64,000 nt of DNA, from positions 8,184,001-8,248,000 of the forward strand of contig OZ024756.1 of the NCBI GenBank assembly GCA_964016885.1. The letters are read 5' to 3'. Shown here in pieces: positions 60,201 to 64,000 of the stretch (positions are counted from its first letter, which is position 1; each line of letters opens with the position of its first letter). Position numbers and translations under genes: made by a program. Origin of the DNA: Eledone cirrhosa (taxonomy: Eukaryota). The notes beneath the pieces are model-generated. The model saw only the letters and a list, made by a program, of their open reading frames with translations, did not search any database and was not told the origin of the DNA.

Positions 60201-63200
60201 TACAGTGTGGACTGGGTGCTATTTGTTGTCACCTACACGACCAGTTTACAGTGAGGACTGGGTGCTATTTGTTGTCACCTACATGACCAGATTACAGTGT
60301 GGACTGGGTGCTATTTCTTGTCACCTACATGACCAGTTTACAGTGAGGACTGGGTGCTATTTTTTGTCACCTAAACGACCAGTTTACAGTGAGGACTGGG
60401 TGCTATTTGTTGTCACCTACATGACCAGTTTACAGTGTGGACTGGGTGCTATTTGTTGTCACCTACATGACCAGTTTACAGTGGTGAGGACTGGTTGCTA
60501 TTTGTTGTCACCTACACGACCAGTTTACAGTGAGGACTGGGTGCTATTTGTTGTCACCTACATGACCAGTTTACAGTGTGGACTGGGTGCTATTTGTTGT
60601 CACCTACACGGCCAGTTTACAGTGTGGACTGGGTGCTATTTGTTGTCACCTACATGACCAGTTTACAGTGTGGACTGGGTGCTATTTGTTGTCACCTACA
60701 CGACCAGTTTACATTGTGGACTAGGTGCTATTTGTTGTCACCTACATGACCAGTTTACAGTGAGGACTGGGTGCTATTTGTTGTCACCTACATGACCAGT
60801 TTACAGTGTGGACTGGGTGCTATTTGTTGTCACCTACATGACCAGTTTACAGTGTGGACTGGGTGCTATTTGTTGTCACCTACATGACCAGTTTACAGTG
60901 AGGACTGGGTGCTATTTGTTGTCACCTACATGACCAGTTTACAGTGTGGACTGGGTGCTATTTGTTGTCACCTACATGACCAGTTTACAGTGTGGACTGG
61001 GTGCTATTTGTTGTCACCTACATGACCAGTTTACAGTGTGGACTGGGTGCTATTTGTTGTCACCTACATGACCAGTTTACAGTGTGGACTGGGTGCTATT
61101 TGTTGTCACCTACATGACCAGTTTACAGTGTGGACTGGGTGCTATTTGTTGTCACCTACATGAGCAGTTTACAGTGTGGACTGGGTGCTATTTTTTGTCA
61201 CCTACATGACCAGTTTACAGTGTGGACTGGGTGCTATTTATTGTCACCTACATGACCAGTTTACAGTGTGGACTGGGTGCTATGTGTTGTCACCTACATG
61301 ACCAGTTTACAGTGTGGAGTGGGTGCTATTTGTTGTCACCTACATGACCAGTTTACAGTGTGGACTGGGTGCTATTTGTTGTCACCTACATGACCAGTTT
61401 ACAGTGTGGACTGGGTGCTATTTGTTGTCACCTACATGACCAGTCTACAGTGTGGACTGGGTGCTATTTGTTGTCACCTACATGACCAGTTTACAGTGTG
61501 GACTGGGTGCTATTTGTTGTCACCTACATGACCAGATTACAGTGTGGACTGGGTGCTATTTGTTGTCACCTACATGACCAGTTTACAGTGAGGACTGGGT
61601 GCTATTTCTTGTCACCTACATGACCAGTTTACAGTGTGGACTGGGTGCTATTTGTTGTCACCTACATGACCAGTTTACACTGAGGACTGGGTGCTATTTG
61701 TTGTCACCTACATGACCACTTTACAGTGTGGACTGGGTGCTACTTGTTGCCACCTACATGACCACTTTACAGTGTGGACTGGGTGCTATTTGTTGTCACC
61801 TACATGACCACTTTACAGTGTGGACTGGGTGCTATTTGTTGTCACCTACACGACCAGTTTACAGTGAGGACTGGGTGCTATTTGTTGTCACCTACATGAC
61901 CAGTTTACAGTGAGGACTGGGTGCTATTTGTTGTAACCTACACGACCAGTTTACAGTGTGGACTGGGTGCTATTTGCTGTCACCTACATGACCAGTTTAC
62001 AGTGAGGACTGGGTGCTATTTGTTGTCACCTACATGACCAGTTTACAGTGTGGACTGGGTGCTATTTGTTGTCACCTACATGACCAGTTTACAGTGTGGA
62101 CTGGGTGCTATTTGTTGTCACCTACATGACCAGTTTACAGTGAGGACTGGGTGCTATTTGTTGTCACCTACATGACCAGTTTACAGTGAGGACTGGGTGC
62201 TATTTGTTGTCACCTACATGACCACTTTACAGTGTGGACTGGGTGCTACTTGTTGTCACCTACATGACCACTTTACAGTGTGGACTGGGTGCTATTTGTT
62301 GTCACCTACATGACCAGTTTACAGTAAGGACTGGGTGCTATTTGTTGTCACCTACATGACCACTTTACAGTGTGGACTGGGTGCTATTTGTTGTCACCTA
62401 CATGACCAGTTTACAGTGTGGACAGGGTGCTATTTGTTGTCACCTACACGACCAGTTTACAGTGTGGACTGGGTGCTATTTCTTGTCACCTACATGACCA
62501 GTTTACAGTGTGGACTGGGTGCTATTTGTTGTCACCTACATGACCAGTTTACAGAGAGGACTGGGTGCTATTTGTTGTCACCTACATGAACAGTTTACAG
62601 TGAGGACTGGGTGCTATTTGTTGTCACCTACATGAACAGTTTACAGTGAGGACTGGGTGCTATTTCTTGTCACCTACATGACCAGTTTACAGTGAGGACT
62701 GGGTGCTATTTGTTGTCACCTACATGACCAGTTTACAGTGTGGACTGGGTGCTATTTCTTGTCACCTACATGACCAGTTTACAGTGAGGACTGGGTGCTA
62801 TTTGTTGTCACCTACATGACCAGTTTACAGTGTGGACTGGGTGCTATTTCTTGTCACCTACATGACCAGTTTACAGTGAGGACTGGGTGCTATTTGTTGT
62901 CACCTACATGACCAGTTTACAGTGAGGACTGGGTGCTATTTCTTGTCACCTACATGACCAGTTTACAGTGTGGACTGGGTGCTATTTGTTGTCACCTACA
63001 TGACCAGTTTTCAATGAGGACTGGGTGCTATTTGTTGTCACCTACATGACCTGTTTACAGTGTGGACTGGGTGCTATTTGTTGTCACCTACATGACCAGT
63101 TTACAGTGTGGACTGGGTGCTATTTGTTGTCACCTACATGACCAGTTTACAGTGAGGACTGGGTGCTATTTGTTGTCACCTACATGACCAGTTTACAGTG

Positions 63201-64000
63201 TGGACTGGGTGCTATTTGTTGTCACCTACATGACCAGTTTACACTGAGGACTGGGTGCTATTTGTTGTCACCTACATGACCACTTTACAGTGTGGACTGG
63301 GTGCTACTTGTTGCCACCTACATGACCACTTTACAGTGTGGACTGGGTGCTATTTGTTGTCACCTACATGACCACTTTACAGTGTGGACTGGGTGCTATT
63401 TGTTGTCACCTACACGACCAGTTTACAGTGAGGACTGGGTGCTATTTGTTGTCACCTACATGACCAGTTTACAGTGAGGACTGGGTGCTATTTGTTGTAA
63501 CCTACACGACCAGTTTACAGTGTGGACTGGGTGCTATTTGTTGTCACCTACATGACCAGTTTACAGTGAGGACTGGGTGCTATTTGTTGTCACCTACATG
63601 ACCAGTTTACAGTGTGGACTGGGTGCTATTTGTTGTCACCTACATGACCAGTTTACAGTGTGGACTGGGTGCTATTTGTTGTCACCTACATGACCAGTTT
63701 ACAGTGAGGACTGGGTGCTATTTGTTGTCACCTACATGACCAGTTTACAGTGAGGACTGGGTGCTATTTGTTGTCACCTACATGACCACTTTACAGTGTG
63801 GACTGGGTGCTACTTGTTGTCACCTACATGACCACTTTACAGTGTGGACTGGGTGCTATTTGTTGTCACCTACATGACCAGTTTACAGTAAGGACTGGGT
63901 GCTATTTGTTGTCACCTACATGACCACTTTACAGTGTGGACTGGGTGCTATTTGTTGTCACCTACATGACCAGTTTACAGTGAGGACTGGGTGCTATTTG
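54270..64000. repeat. 46-bp satellite (ttacagtgtggactgggtgctatttgttgtcacctacatgaccagt), >9.7 kb, runs off the window end
   Basis: Directly visible; about 210 units by length; higher-order blocks present. Confidence 0.97.

Overview
Repeat-dominated eukaryotic genomic DNA, inferred to be from an octopus-like cephalopod (very long (TA)n tracts, tRNA/CORE-like SINEs with RTE-type tails). There is one 200-N gap. The only host gene I can support is the 3' part of a RalBP1/RLIP76 homolog on the minus strand (4 exons, 53284->45375). Almost all long ORFs in the track are microsatellite translations. Mobile DNA includes a Penelope-like element (RT C-terminus plus GIY-YIG) with a cluster of type-I minimal hammerhead ribozyme motifs and foldback elements in (TA)n, two RTE LINE 3' fragments and two solo LTRs in a 6.6-kb tandem duplication, an internally deleted Gypsy element, an R4/Dong-like fragment in (TAA)n, many SINEs, a MITE and several satellites. 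Main observations: (1) a ~2.6-kb tandem array made of roughly 65-70 copies of a RalBP1 3' splice junction, directly upstream of the real acceptor, where use of a copy gives a premature stop; (2) about six hammerhead motifs within 6 kb, three of them inside foldback, TA-embedded non-autonomous elements; (3) 46/48-bp satellites apparently born from the SINE/RTE 3' tail.
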